DNA of 64,000 nucleotides from Arenicella sp. (GTDB lineage Bacteria > Pseudomonadota > Gammaproteobacteria > Arenicellales > Arenicellaceae): NCBI GenBank assembly GCA_023301745.1, contig JALZVW010000070.1, forward strand, positions 2,427 through 66,426, given 5' to 3'. The position numbers were made by a program, and so were the translations under genes. Under the pieces are notes generated by a model that was not told the origin of the DNA, ran no database searches, and saw only the letters and a list, made by a program, of their open reading frames with translations. This document shows positions 29,725 to 40,025 of this stretch, one piece after another; position 1 is the first letter of the stretch, and every line of letters begins with the position of its first letter.

Positions 29725-30189
29725 TCAAGTCGATGATGTTTTAGACGGTGACCCGCATGGGCCTGATGCCGACAGACTGATATCTACTTGACGCCGACCC
29801 CGAGCAATTTGTACGCAATCACCTTTCTTAAGCTCGAGGTTTGACGACAGTACTTCAATGCCTCTACCACGAGAAGTGTCAATAACATAACGCATTCCGG
29901 GTTTACGTGTAACCACCTCTTCGGCCGTCGCGCCGACCGCAGAGCCGACGAAAGCACGTGCCAAGAAGCCAAAAAATGAATTACTTGTTGCGTCCTGAAC
30001 GGCGGCGGCCGATACGGCGAATGCTCCGATACCCGATCTCGAACCACCAATGGTCACTTTTTCTGTATCAGTGATAGTGCCATAACTAATCGATTTATAA
30101 GCCTGCCCGCGCGATACAACTTTACCGTTTGAGGCGCAACCGGCCAACATTACCGTAATAGCGGCCATTATCATTAATTTTGAATTCAT
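29725..30189 (-). CDS. Hypothetical lipoprotein
   Basis: Lipobox 'MLAGC', with Gly/Ala-rich zipper-like segments. No family recognised with confidence. Confidence 0.6.
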   Translation of the reverse strand: MNSKLMIMAAITVMLAGCASNGKVVSRGQAYKSISYGTITDTEKVTIGGSRSGIGAFAVSAAAVQDATSNSFFGFLARAFVGSAVGATAEEVVTRKPGMRYVIDTSRGRGIEVLSSNLELKKGDCVQIARGRRQVDISLSASGPCGSPSKTSST

Positions 30190-30337
30190 TCGAATCTCCG
30201 AAGATTAGCTTAGTATTTCAAGTAAATTAAACTACTTCGAACAACAATAATATTTAAACTTGGGTATGGTAATGTTTGAGTAATCAAGTATTTATTGGTA
30301 CTACATATGAGAGTTCATTGAACTTATCGTCACTTGA

Positions 30338-30649
30338 CTACTTTCTAATAGACACTCTTCCGAGCAAGATCTGCCAAAACATCAACCAATCGCCCATCAA
30401 GCTAAAGAGAGGATATTGAAAGGTGGCCGGCTTGTTTTTCTCAAAGAAAAAATGACCAACCCAAGCAAATGCATAACCACTGACAATCGCCAAGCCAAAG
30501 TAAACTATATTTTGCAAGTAGAGCCCTTGCACCACGCAAGCCAGCACCACGAGCGAGCCAATAAAGTGTAAGCGCCTACAGGTGGGGTTTTGATGCTCAG
30601 ACAAATAGTAAGGATAGAACTCAGCGAACGATTGGTAGCGGTTTTGCAT
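30338..30649 (-). CDS. DUF962 / Mpo1-like membrane protein
   Basis: 'FAEFYPYYLSEHQNPTCRRLHFIGS' and 'WVGHFFFEKNKPATFQYP' match the DUF962 pattern as I remember it. Confidence 0.65.
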   Translation of the reverse strand: MQNRYQSFAEFYPYYLSEHQNPTCRRLHFIGSLVVLACVVQGLYLQNIVYFGLAIVSGYAFAWVGHFFFEKNKPATFQYPLFSLMGDWLMFWQILLGRVSIRK

Positions 30650-30724
30650 AACGTGTACCCAAATAAAATTTACTAGTAGTCAGCTTTAAAATAAGCCCAT
30701 AAAGAACGTAACCAAGGCTAAACA

Positions 30725-32311
30725 CTAGCTGTTATTGTATTCGGCCAGATATTCATCAAAGCTTAGAGTATCTTTGGCCTCAATCTCAGTTTGATCTCGT
30801 AAAGATTGCTCAGCCAGCGTCTTCAAATTCTCTTGAAATTCAGTGTTCTTATCCAAGCTAGCAAAATGCAATTTATGCTTGTCAGCCTGTTCACCAGCGA
30901 TCTCAATAAATTCTGAGCCGGAGTCGATTAACCCCATCATATGCCCCGAGGGCGTCAAACTCGGCTCGTCTATTTTCGCCTGCTGAGCATAAACCGCCGA
31001 GCTGTACTCAAAGCTACTATGCGCTTTATCAAGCAATTTGGCTGTACCCATTATTGCGTCAACGAGCTCTGTTGCCGCCTCAGCGAATGGCACCTGTTTC
31101 TCGCCACGTTGCAATGTAAGCTCAGGGTCTCGGCCACGCATAATGACATTGCGTTGGTTGCCTTTAATTTCGGGGCAACTGGTATCACTGGTTTGCGGGC
31201 ATTGGGAAAACAAACAATACAAAAGAAAAGAGTCTAAAAATCGAATTTGTTGGGCACTAAGACCTTCTGCAAGAAAAGGATTGATGTCTAAAATTCGCAC
31301 CTCAATATACTCGACACCACGATCACGTAACGCAGAAATCGGCTTCTCACCCGACTCAGTCACTCGTTTTGGTCGAATATCACTATAATATTCATTCTCA
31401 ATTTGTAAAACATTAGTATTAAGCTGTTGATATTTTCCATCAACTTTAACGCCAATGTCTTGATAGGCTTTGTATTTATGTTCCATCGCTTGCGCTAAGG
31501 TAGTCACATAATCTTCAAGCGAAGCATAGGACACGTGAAGTGCTTCTTGAGCCGAGTTTTGGTAACCCAAATCGCTCATCCGCAGCGACGTAGCGTAGGG
31601 CATGCCTAAGGTGTTTTCACCCAAAGCGCTTAAGCCATGCTCACTTTCCGGGCGATCGCCAAGAAAAGATTTATCGAGCACTGGCGATGCGCCAAATAGA
31701 TAGTGAAGAATCCAGGAATAACGGCGAAAATTTCGAATTAGCGAAAAATAATGTGCGGACTTAAAGTCTTGTAACGATTGCTCCGGATTGGCATCTTGCT
31801 TATTCAGCTTTGCTTGATAGTCTTGCCAAAAAGCATCGGGTAGAGAAAAATTATAATGAATGCCAGCAATCGACTGCATTGTTCGGCCATAACGTACGCC
31901 TAGGCCTTGTCGATACACATGTTTAAGAGTGCCAACATTTGAATTGCCATACATCGCAATCGGAATACTCTCATCGCCATCGAGTTGACAGGGCATGCTA
32001 GCAGGCCAAACTCGCTCATTGCCAATGTTAGTTGAGGTGAACGCATGCAAATCACTCAGATATTCAACCGTTTCTTCAACGCCGTTCAGCACTGGCGTAA
32101 TAAACTCGAGTAGAGCTTCTGAATAGTCTGTGGTGATACTCGGGTGAGTCAGAGCTGAGCCTAGGGCAATCTGGTGCTCAGTCTGAGCGACGCCAGACTC
32201 TTTACTTACACGCAAGCCCTCTTTTTCGACGCCGCGAACAATACCTGACAAGGTACTAGCAAGCTTATCGTCGACGATAGACAAGGTTGACGTGCATTCT
32301 GAATTGACCAT
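30725..32311 (-). CDS. gshA: Glutamate--cysteine ligase
   Basis: Collinear with E. coli GshA: 'GVEKEGLRV', 'GSALTHPSITTDYSEALLEFITP', 'GIHYNFSLP', 'YLFGASPV', 'PYATSLRMSDLGY', 'LQIENEYYSDIRPKR' and 'GVEYIEVRILDINPF'. ATG at 32311 preferred; a TTG at 32332 is also in frame. Confidence 0.92.
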   Translation of the reverse strand: MVNSECTSTLSIVDDKLASTLSGIVRGVEKEGLRVSKESGVAQTEHQIALGSALTHPSITTDYSEALLEFITPVLNGVEETVEYLSDLHAFTSTNIGNERVWPASMPCQLDGDESIPIAMYGNSNVGTLKHVYRQGLGVRYGRTMQSIAGIHYNFSLPDAFWQDYQAKLNKQDANPEQSLQDFKSAHYFSLIRNFRRYSWILHYLFGASPVLDKSFLGDRPESEHGLSALGENTLGMPYATSLRMSDLGYQNSAQEALHVSYASLEDYVTTLAQAMEHKYKAYQDIGVKVDGKYQQLNTNVLQIENEYYSDIRPKRVTESGEKPISALRDRGVEYIEVRILDINPFLAEGLSAQQIRFLDSFLLYCLFSQCPQTSDTSCPEIKGNQRNVIMRGRDPELTLQRGEKQVPFAEAATELVDAIMGTAKLLDKAHSSFEYSSAVYAQQAKIDEPSLTPSGHMMGLIDSGSEFIEIAGEQADKHKLHFASLDKNTEFQENLKTLAEQSLRDQTEIEAKDTLSFDEYLAEYNNS

Positions 32312-32454
32312 AATATTTTTATATTCCTGCAAATTAGCCGTCTATTGTACTTAATATTGTCGTTCAATGGTGTGACGAATTATGATCAATTAACCACGAT
32401 TTAGGGGTGATCGTACAAGATGAGCGCCGAACGGCTTAGACCCTAACAAGCCTG

Positions 32455-32502
32455 GCCGTGCTTTGAAGGTCACAACCTAGCCATGCTTTGAAGGTCACAA
32501 CC
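32455..32502. repeat. Two 23-bp direct repeats GCC(G/A)TGCTTTGAAGGTCACAACC with 25-bp period
   Basis: Read directly (32455-32477 and 32480-32502, 1 mismatch). Located between the SDR gene's 3' end and the gshA 5' region. Confidence 0.85.
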
Positions 32503-32544
32503 GACGCTGAATTAATATGCCGATTAGCCACTCAATAAAAAAGA

Positions 32545-33369
32545 CTAACTTAAATCGTTATTTTTAACCATTTTGGAGTATTGCTTAGCCGCCAACTTCA
32601 TCAATAGCTTAGGAAAATAACGTTTAATCCAAAGCGCATGCATTTCTGTACCTTTGCCAACGTTGATTTCAGGTTTTCGACCTAGAAAGCCCTTCATGAT
32701 TGCTTTAGCACACTCATTGACATCCATGCCGCCTCGAGTCTCAGCGTCTTGCTTGCCGTAGGCCGAGCCATCGCCAGCAAGAGCACTGGCGGCAATTGGC
32801 GTTCGTATATAACCAGGTACAATGGTTGTCACCTTAATGTTTTGATGATCAACTTCGGTGCGCAGTGCATCGAAAAAACCCATCATCGCGTGCTTGGCGG
32901 CACAATACCCAGTTCGAAAAGGCACACCGATTTTTCCAGAAACAGAGGACGTTACAGCAAGATGACCACTGCCTTGTTCGATCATGACCGGCAATACCGC
33001 TTTAGTGAGCGCTATTTGCCCAAACACATCAACGTCAAAGATCGTTCGGTAGGTTGATACATCGGTATTCAGGCAACTCGAGCGCTGTGTAATACCCGCG
33101 TTGTTTATCAACATGTCGATGCGCCCGCGCCAGGCCCGCGCGGCCTCAACTTTGCTTGCCAAGCTAGCTTCATCGGTGATATCCATCGACAGCGCTAACG
33201 ACGAGTCATTGCCAGATATAGCATCGCATTTAGCTTTTGTAGCCTCTAGAGCCGCTTCGCCTCTAGAAGACAGAATTACACACGCTCCCTGAGCGGCAAA
33301 CTCTAAAGACAGCGCCTCACCAATGCCAGATGATGCCCCAGTGATCCAAACAACTCGATTTTTAAACAT
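32545..33369 (-). CDS. SDR-family oxidoreductase
   Basis: 'ITGASSGIGEAL', 'NNAG' and the catalytic 'YCAAKHA'. Confidence 0.85.
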   Translation of the reverse strand: MFKNRVVWITGASSGIGEALSLEFAAQGACVILSSRGEAALEATKAKCDAISGNDSSLALSMDITDEASLASKVEAARAWRGRIDMLINNAGITQRSSCLNTDVSTYRTIFDVDVFGQIALTKAVLPVMIEQGSGHLAVTSSVSGKIGVPFRTGYCAAKHAMMGFFDALRTEVDHQNIKVTTIVPGYIRTPIAASALAGDGSAYGKQDAETRGGMDVNECAKAIMKGFLGRKPEINVGKGTEMHALWIKRYFPKLLMKLAAKQYSKMVKNNDLS

Positions 33370-33419
33370 TCACCACTCTCTGTGCGCCCAGCACACGATC
33401 AATGCCACTACCTAACATA

Positions 33420-33689
33420 TTAGTTCACATCGCTCTGCTCAGGCTCTATATCGTCCGGCTCACCGCGCCGCAACTCGACCACGTAGGCGCCTAATAAACT
33501 AGCAACAAAGACAATCGGCAAGCCAAATATTAAGGTGAAAGTCCAACTGTCCTTAGCTTGAGTGTCGGCCAAGGTATTAACGATGAACAACCCCATCGAC
33601 AACAGCACGGCAACCACCCACTTCTCGCTCAGTAAATAGGTAACTAAGCCAATCAGAAACGCCAGTATAAAAAGGATCGCAAATATCAT
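33420..33689 (-). CDS. Small hypothetical membrane protein (3 predicted TM segments)
   Basis: 89-aa ORF, strongly hydrophobic with an acidic tail. No family recognised. Confidence 0.45.
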   Translation of the reverse strand: MIFAILFILAFLIGLVTYLLSEKWVVAVLLSMGLFIVNTLADTQAKDSWTFTLIFGLPIVFVASLLGAYVVELRRGEPDDIEPEQSDVN

Positions 33690-33768
33690 AGATTAATCAT
33701 AGCATTGTCGTTGGTAGGCACGCGCTTCATCCTAAGTAAGTTATCGCCAAACATATACCGGCTAATAG

Positions 33769-35109
33769 CTAAAGAATGTAGCGTGCGTAATCTTCGTTTT
33801 CGACTAACTCGTCGAGATGTTGATTAACATACGCTTGGTCAACCGTTACGGCATCACCAGAGCGATCGCTCGCTTCAAAGGAAATGCCTTCAAGCAGTCT
33901 TTCGAGCATGGTGTGTAAACGGCGTGCACCAATATTTTCAGTGCTTTCATTAACCTGCCAGGCCAGTTCAGCGATGCGCCGAATGCCGTTTTCAGTAAAC
34001 TCTAGGCTCACGCCTTCGGTCGCCAACAAAGCATCATATTGCTCAGTCAGAGAAGCATCGGGTTCGGTTAAAATACGAGTGAAATCGTCAACCGTTAAGG
34101 CATCAAGCTCTACCCGAATTGGCATACGGCCCTGTAATTCTGGAATCAAATCAGACGGTTTAGATAATTGAAACGCCCCTGAACCAATAAATAAAATATG
34201 ATCGGTTTTAATCATGCCGTGCTTGGTCGAAATTGTGCTGCCTTCAATCAACGGCAATAAATCACGTTGCACGCCCTCTCGCGATACATCCGCACTTTTA
34301 CCACCTTCTGAGCGCCCGACTATTTTATCGATTTCATCAATGAAGACGATGCCATGGTTTTCTAAACGTTGAATTGCGTTCAACTTAATGTCTTCTTCGT
34401 TCACCAATTTAGCCGCTTCTTCTTCCACCAACACTTTTAAAGCGTCTTTGACTGTCATTTTACGACTTTGCTTTTTGTCGCCGCCCATGTTTTTCATCAT
34501 GCCTTGCAATTGACTTGTTAACTCTTCCATTCCTTGAGGACCAAACAATTCAACGCCCGCATTCTGGGCCGAAACCTCTACCTCGATTTCTTTGTCATCT
34601 AAACGGCCTTCACGCAGTTTTTTGCGAAAGCTCTGCCGTGCGGCTCCGTCTTTGTTGTCGGCCGAATCAGGTGTAAAACCGACATCGCGAGCAGGCGGCA
34701 ATAAAATATCGAGCACCCGCTCTTCGGCGGCATCCTCGGCTCGAACTTGCATTTTCTTCATTTCGGTTTCACGCTGGCCCTTAATCGCAATATCGGCAAG
34801 GTCGCGAATAATCGAATCAACTTCTCGCCCAACATAACCTACTTCAGTAAATTTGGTGGCTTCGACCTTGATAAACGGTGCATCAGCAAGATTGGCCAGG
34901 CGTCGAGCGATTTCAGTTTTACCAACGCCTGTTGGACCAATCATAAGGATATTCTTCGGGGTGATCTCAGCACGCAAATCGCTATCTGGCACCTGTGATC
35001 GGCGCCAGCGATTGCGCAAAGCAATCGCGACAGCGCGTTTAGCATCGCCTTGGCCAATAATATGCTTATCGAGTTCTTGTACGATTTCTCTTGGGGTCAT
35101 TTCACTCAT
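33769..35109 (-). CDS. hslU: ATP-dependent protease ATPase subunit HslU
   Basis: '[17 protein letters not shown]', Walker A '[15 protein letters not shown]', '[11 protein letters not shown]' and the C-terminal 'EDYARYIL'. Confidence 0.96.
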   Translation of the reverse strand: MSEMTPREIVQELDKHIIGQGDAKRAVAIALRNRWRRSQVPDSDLRAEITPKNILMIGPTGVGKTEIARRLANLADAPFIKVEATKFTEVGYVGREVDSIIRDLADIAIKGQRETEMKKMQVRAEDAAEERVLDILLPPARDVGFTPDSADNKDGAARQSFRKKLREGRLDDKEIEVEVSAQNAGVELFGPQGMEELTSQLQGMMKNMGGDKKQSRKMTVKDALKVLVEEEAAKLVNEEDIKLNAIQRLENHGIVFIDEIDKIVGRSEGGKSADVSREGVQRDLLPLIEGSTISTKHGMIKTDHILFIGSGAFQLSKPSDLIPELQGRMPIRVELDALTVDDFTRILTEPDASLTEQYDALLATEGVSLEFTENGIRRIAELAWQVNESTENIGARRLHTMLERLLEGISFEASDRSGDAVTVDQAYVNQHLDELVENEDYARYIL

Positions 35110-35110
35110 T

Positions 35111-35635
35111 TTAGAACTCCAGCTCTTCTATTGTGAGGCTATGGTTTGTATAGACACAAATGTCAGCCGCGATATTGAGTGACTTATCGACAATCTCTTT
35201 GGCGGTTAACTCAGTGTTCGATACCAACGCTCGTGCGGCTGCTTCAGCATAAGCACCTCCGGAACCAATTGCCATCACACCCGCCTCGGGCTCAATAACA
35301 TCTCCGGTTCCAGAGATAATATAAGAAGCTTCTTTGTCAGCCACACACAGCAAGGCTTCGAGTTTGCGCAGCATTCGGTCAGTTCGCCACTCTTTGGCCA
35401 ACTCAACCGCCGCTTTGGTAAGTATTCCTTGGTGTTTTGCCAACTTAGCATCGAATAGTTCAAACAAAGTAAATGCATCGGCTGTGCTACCAGCAAAACC
35501 GGCAATTACTTCACCCTTGTATAGGCGACGTACTTTACGAGCGTTGCCCTTCATTACAGTATTGCCAAGAGAAACTTGACCGTCACCACCAATAACCACT
35601 TGATTATCGCGGCGCACAGAAAGAATAGTAGTCAT
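35111..35635 (-). CDS. hslV: ATP-dependent protease subunit HslV
   Basis: '[38 protein letters not shown]', with the catalytic Thr at position 2. Immediately upstream of hslU. Confidence 0.96.
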   Translation of the reverse strand: MTTILSVRRDNQVVIGGDGQVSLGNTVMKGNARKVRRLYKGEVIAGFAGSTADAFTLFELFDAKLAKHQGILTKAAVELAKEWRTDRMLRKLEALLCVADKEASYIISGTGDVIEPEAGVMAIGSGGAYAEAAARALVSNTELTAKEIVDKSLNIAADICVYTNHSLTIEELEF

Positions 35636-35783
35636 TCTGAACCCTAGTTATGTTGCCACCTGCAGGAAGCGGCTTATATCATTTTTGTTGGATCAAACAC
35701 CCAGTGCCGTCACAAACCTTAGACTATGTATGTTGCGACGCATTCGGCTGATTCAAGCGGATTAGCGTATTTATTGCTGTAGA

Positions 35784-37592
35784 TTAATCAAATTCAACCA
35801 CTTCTATTACACCTTCACGGCGAGGGTCGACTCCACCCTCCAAACGACCATCAGGGTGTTGATATATAACGCTCAAGCCCGAGTTCTCACCAGCACTTTC
35901 GTTAACCTCATAACCATAATTGCGAAGACCGGTGATTATTTCATCTGAAGCGCGAGATTTTTCAATTCGAACTTTGCCACGCCGAGCCACCATATTAGGT
36001 AAGTCTACCGCTTGCTGAGGGCTTAGGCCCCAGGCCAAAACGCCCACCAACGTTTTCGCGGTATAAGCAATAATCGAATTGCCTCCCGGCGAACCACTCG
36101 CCATCAGAAACTCTCCATGCTGATCTAAAACAATGGTTGGAGACATGGATGAACGCGGTCGTTTATTTGGGGCTACATTATTAGCAACCGTCTTACCAGA
36201 CTCGTCAAGGGGCTTAAATGAGAAATCGGTCAGCTGATTGTTCAAAAACATACCTGCCGCCATGCGCGTATTACCAAAAATACTCTCAACGCTTGCGGTT
36301 AAGGAAACAACATTGCCATCGCCGTCAACCACCACAAAGTGAGTAGTGCCAGGCAAGTCATCAGTTCCATCGGCACCATAGACGACTTTTGCCGTTGTCT
36401 GATAAGCCCATGGATCACCAGGGCTTACCGAGTCGACCGCTTTTTCAAGCGTAACAAGTTCCGCTCGGCGCTTGAGATATTCGCTATTCAACATTCCATC
36501 CAGCGGCACATCGACAAACAGGTTATCGCCCACGTATTGATCACGATCAACATACGCTAGGCGCTGAGCCTCAGCAAAAAGCGCCCAATTCTGTGGGTCG
36601 CTTGCGCCTTTATTGCTAAAACTTGGGGTGTGTTCTAGCAAGCCCATTATCTGACCGACGGCCACCCACGATGAAGCCGGCGGAGGGCCACACAGCAGAT
36701 GACCCTTAAACGCCATGCATAATGCCTGTCGCTTTTGAGCCTTGTAGTTCTTTAAATCCTCTAAACTCAAACTACCCGCTCGAGGGCTTTGTGAGGTCTG
36801 CCGAACAATCGCCTTAGCGATACTGCCTTCATAAAAAGCTCGCGGCGTAGCAGAAATAAGGTTTAAAGCATCGGCGTAGTCTGCATTTTTAAGCACATCA
36901 CCAGCCTGAAGAGGCTCGCCGTTATCATTAAAAAAGTATTGATGAGCATCGATAGGCCCGTCTTCAAGTGTTTTAGGAATATATTTGGCAAACCGCGAAA
37001 TCATTCCGTGCAAACGAGGCGACACTTTAAATCCATTTCTTGCCAACTGCTTAGCTCTATCAAAATGTGGCCCCCAAGGAAGTTTGCCATGATCTTCGTG
37101 AGCCAATGCCAACATCGCCACCATGCCGGGAACACCGGTCGACAAACCGCTGTTCTTAGCATTAAGAAAGCCGATTGATTCGCCTTCATCATTCAAAAAC
37201 ATGGTCTGCTCGACTCCGGCTGGCGCGGTTTCTCGACCGTCGTACACGTCGACCTTGTTACTGGCATTATCAAAATGCACCATAAAGCCGCCACCACCAA
37301 GGCCAGAGCTCTGTGGTTCGACCAAGCTCAATACAGCTTCAATCGCAATAGCGGCATCAACCGCTGAACCACCGGCTCTCAATACATCGGCGCCAGCTTT
37401 AGTCGCATGAGGGTTCGCCGTGACAACCATACCCCGCCCGCCGGCCTTTGAGGCGGTTGTAGGCTGAGCCTTAGTTTTTTGAGCCGCATTTTCTTTAAGA
37501 CTTAGCTCATCAGGCACAGTTGAAGTACATGCACCTAAAAATAGCGCGGATATTAATACGAAGTATTTTGTCATTTTCATTTTTGTCGTCAT
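35784..37592 (-). CDS. ggt: Gamma-glutamyltransferase (lipoprotein-type signal)
   Basis: Lipobox 'LFLGAC'. 'GGNAVDAAIA'-type motif 'GGSAVDAAIAIEAVL', the autoprocessing/catalytic Thr context 'LPGTTHFVVVD', and 'GSPGGNSII'. Confidence 0.92.
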   Translation of the reverse strand: MTTKMKMTKYFVLISALFLGACTSTVPDELSLKENAAQKTKAQPTTASKAGGRGMVVTANPHATKAGADVLRAGGSAVDAAIAIEAVLSLVEPQSSGLGGGGFMVHFDNASNKVDVYDGRETAPAGVEQTMFLNDEGESIGFLNAKNSGLSTGVPGMVAMLALAHEDHGKLPWGPHFDRAKQLARNGFKVSPRLHGMISRFAKYIPKTLEDGPIDAHQYFFNDNGEPLQAGDVLKNADYADALNLISATPRAFYEGSIAKAIVRQTSQSPRAGSLSLEDLKNYKAQKRQALCMAFKGHLLCGPPPASSWVAVGQIMGLLEHTPSFSNKGASDPQNWALFAEAQRLAYVDRDQYVGDNLFVDVPLDGMLNSEYLKRRAELVTLEKAVDSVSPGDPWAYQTTAKVVYGADGTDDLPGTTHFVVVDGDGNVVSLTASVESIFGNTRMAAGMFLNNQLTDFSFKPLDESGKTVANNVAPNKRPRSSMSPTIVLDQHGEFLMASGSPGGNSIIAYTAKTLVGVLAWGLSPQQAVDLPNMVARRGKVRIEKSRASDEIITGLRNYGYEVNESAGENSGLSVIYQHPDGRLEGGVDPRREGVIEVVEFD

Positions 37593-37710
37593 TTAGCAAA
37601 CATAACAATTGTACCCTCAAGCTTTCATCAACGATACATCACTCGAAACACGATACACTGACCGAGTTAATTATTTGTTGTTAAATCTTCGAGTCACTAT
37701 CCGTATCATT

Positions 37711-39042
37711 ATGAATTCAAAGAAGAATCAAGAAAGAGCGATACCCAAAACACGCTTAGGCCGTTTAGGCCGAATCGCCAAAATGGCTGGCGGTGTTGCA
37801 TCAGGCATGATCGGTGAAGGCGCAAGACAACTAGCGCAAGGTAAACGCCCCAAGGTAAGTGATTTATTATTAACACCGTCAAATGCTCGTAAAGTAGCCG
37901 ATCAACTGGCCACTATGCGTGGTGCGGCCATGAAGGTCGGGCAACTATTGTCGATGGAAACAAGTGATTTTCTGCCACCCGAATTAGCCAATATTTTGGC
38001 TCAGCTTCGTAATCGGGCTTTTATTATGCCTCGGGGCCAACTGATTGATTCATTGATTAGCGCCTATGGCAAAGACTGGGAATCTAAATTTGAACACTTT
38101 GAATTCGAACCACTCGCGTCCGCGTCAATTGGTCAAGTGCATCGCGCAACCACCTTAGACCAGCGAAAGATAGTATTGAAAATACAATACCCTGGCGTTG
38201 CTGAAAGCATAGACAGTGATGTCGACAATATTGCAACGCTATTTAAGGTAACCAACCTACTGCCTAAACATATGGACATCACTGAGCTACTCCGCGATGC
38301 CAAACTTCAGTTGCATGAAGAGGCTAACTACGTTCAGGAGGCCGCTTATCTTGATGCGTTTCGAGAAGCCCTAGGCGATAACAAAGATTACGTAATTCCG
38401 GAGCATCACCCTGATTTAAGCACCGAACGCATCTTGGCGATGGACTTCGTAGACGGCGAACCAATCGAGTCACTTGGCGATCTTGACCCGTCAATCGTCG
38501 ATAACTTGATGAAAAAAATGTTCGAACTAACATTTAAAGAATTGTTCGAATTACGTCTAATGCAGACTGACGCCAACTTCGCCAACTATTTATTTCAGCA
38601 CGACACCCATAAAATCGCATTACTTGATTTTGGCGCAAGCCGACGGTTCAGCAAACGATTTGCAATCGATTACAAACGCCTTCTCAGAGCCGTCACTGCG
38701 GGCGACGCGCAAGCAACTATTCTGGCAGCCGATAAACTAGGCTACAAAGCCAGTGACGCAAGTCAATCCTACCAAGAGTTTCTGATTGAGGTATTCGCCA
38801 TTGCTTTAGAGCCGTTTTCTAAGCCTGGCTTATACGACTTCAAAAGCGCGCAGCTGTCTAACCGGCTGTCGCAGCTAAGCCAAGACGGTTATAGCTTTAA
38901 AGAATTTTGGCAAACCCCGCCGACCGACATTCTCTATCTGCACCGCAAACTCGGTGGCATGTACATGTTAGCCACTAGGCTCGGCGCGCGGGTAAACACC
39001 CATGCAATCGCAAGCCCGTATTTGCAAACGCTTGCACTGTAA
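37711..39042 (+). CDS. ABC1/UbiB(AarF)-family atypical protein kinase
   Basis: ATG at 37711 ('MNSKKNQERAIPK'). 'PLASASIGQVHRA', 'VLKIQYPGV' and 'QTDANFANYL' are typical ABC1 kinase motifs. Confidence 0.8.
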   Translation: MNSKKNQERAIPKTRLGRLGRIAKMAGGVASGMIGEGARQLAQGKRPKVSDLLLTPSNARKVADQLATMRGAAMKVGQLLSMETSDFLPPELANILAQLRNRAFIMPRGQLIDSLISAYGKDWESKFEHFEFEPLASASIGQVHRATTLDQRKIVLKIQYPGVAESIDSDVDNIATLFKVTNLLPKHMDITELLRDAKLQLHEEANYVQEAAYLDAFREALGDNKDYVIPEHHPDLSTERILAMDFVDGEPIESLGDLDPSIVDNLMKKMFELTFKELFELRLMQTDANFANYLFQHDTHKIALLDFGASRRFSKRFAIDYKRLLRAVTAGDAQATILAADKLGYKASDASQSYQEFLIEVFAIALEPFSKPGLYDFKSAQLSNRLSQLSQDGYSFKEFWQTPPTDILYLHRKLGGMYMLATRLGARVNTHAIASPYLQTLAL

Positions 39043-39072
39043 GCGAAAGATAAGCAACTATTTACCGGGCAC

Positions 39073-39912
39073 TTAGCTTCCCGTAACCAACCGCTGGCCT
39101 TTTTGACCTATTTTCAATAATTGCTGGTCACCCAACACCTGAGCGGTTGCGAACTTGCGCTTAGCGCTGGTGATTTTTAGAGTCATCACAACATCGCCAA
39201 GCACTTGGCCTAACTCATCAATAATATTATCGGCCTCGGTCGAGTAAAGCACTACAGTGTCACCCGTTTCAAGAAAACCTTCGCCGTAGTTAAGCGTCAC
39301 CGTTCCATCCTCGGCGACACTCATAACCCTAACCGGAAAAAGACGTGAAACCAATTGACTGACCATCTGATCAACGGCCTGTTGAACCGCGTTATCGAGA
39401 GCCTTTTTTGTCATGCCCTGATCGCCGACCTCAAGCCGCGCGGAAAACTTAGTCTCGACGCTAGAACGAAAGTCTTCAGTCGCATCAGCCACACCGATCA
39501 ACTCGAAATTAATTCCTAGAAGACCGGTTTCATTACCGGAGCTGCCAAGCGTTTCTTTAGACACTCGAAACTTAGTGACATCAGCCTTAAGTATATAATC
39601 TAGGCCAGCTTGCGCCACCGCGTTACCAGAATACTTTTTAGCATAGTAGTCATTCAGGTTACGGCCCTGCTCGTTAAGACGAGCCTTTAATTGTGAGTAG
39701 TCCAACACGGTAAATTTACGAGTTTTAGCCAGAGCACTATTAATACCGAGATTAAGCGCACTATGAACGTGCTCGGTGAATTGTGATTCGCCGCGCTTAT
39801 CAGCACTGAAGGTAATATCGCCAACACCAATCGTTCCAACCTGTTGAGCGATTGCTTGAGTAGACGAGAATATCATCGCCGCCAGACTTAAAAGCCGTGT
39901 GATTTTTTTCAT
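39073..39912 (-). CDS. Secreted hypothetical protein (possible CsgG/LpoB-like N-domain plus a FlgT_C-like beta-domain)
   Basis: Signal peptide 'MKKITRLLSLAAMIFSSTQAIA'. The domain suggestion comes from general pattern resemblance only ('KFTVLDYSQL...', and the C-terminal 'VRVMSVAEDGTVTLNYGEGFLETGDTVVLYS'). Confidence 0.5.
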   Translation of the reverse strand: MKKITRLLSLAAMIFSSTQAIAQQVGTIGVGDITFSADKRGESQFTEHVHSALNLGINSALAKTRKFTVLDYSQLKARLNEQGRNLNDYYAKKYSGNAVAQAGLDYILKADVTKFRVSKETLGSSGNETGLLGINFELIGVADATEDFRSSVETKFSARLEVGDQGMTKKALDNAVQQAVDQMVSQLVSRLFPVRVMSVAEDGTVTLNYGEGFLETGDTVVLYSTEADNIIDELGQVLGDVVMTLKITSAKRKFATAQVLGDQQLLKIGQKGQRLVTGS

Positions 39913-39977
39913 TATATGACCGTAGTGAGTCGTAAAATACGAAGTTAAGAAAAATTCTTCATTTGCTTATGTCTAAG

Positions 39978-40025
39978 ACAAGTTTCAAGCAATCTAAGTT
40001 TCAAGCAATTAAAGTTCCAACCAAT
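39978..40025. repeat. Three tandem 16-bp direct repeats (A/C)(C/T)AAGTTTCAAGCAAT / TAAAGTTCCAACCAAT
   Basis: Read directly; 66-113 nt upstream of the 39912 start codon. Confidence 0.8.

Noticed and set aside
35728-35757. Sigma32-type heat-shock promoter upstream of hslVU (minus strand CCGCTTGAA ... CAACATAC)
   Set aside because: The -35 element is a good match to CCCTTGAA. The -10 matches CCCCATNT poorly (about 4/7), and the 16-nt spacer is long. This is too weak to list as a feature, but TSS mapping could test it.
37609-37710. 34-codon extension of the ABC1-kinase ORF
   Set aside because: It would begin only 16 nt from the divergent ggt start. No homology is expected before 'MNSKKNQ...' (ATG 37711).
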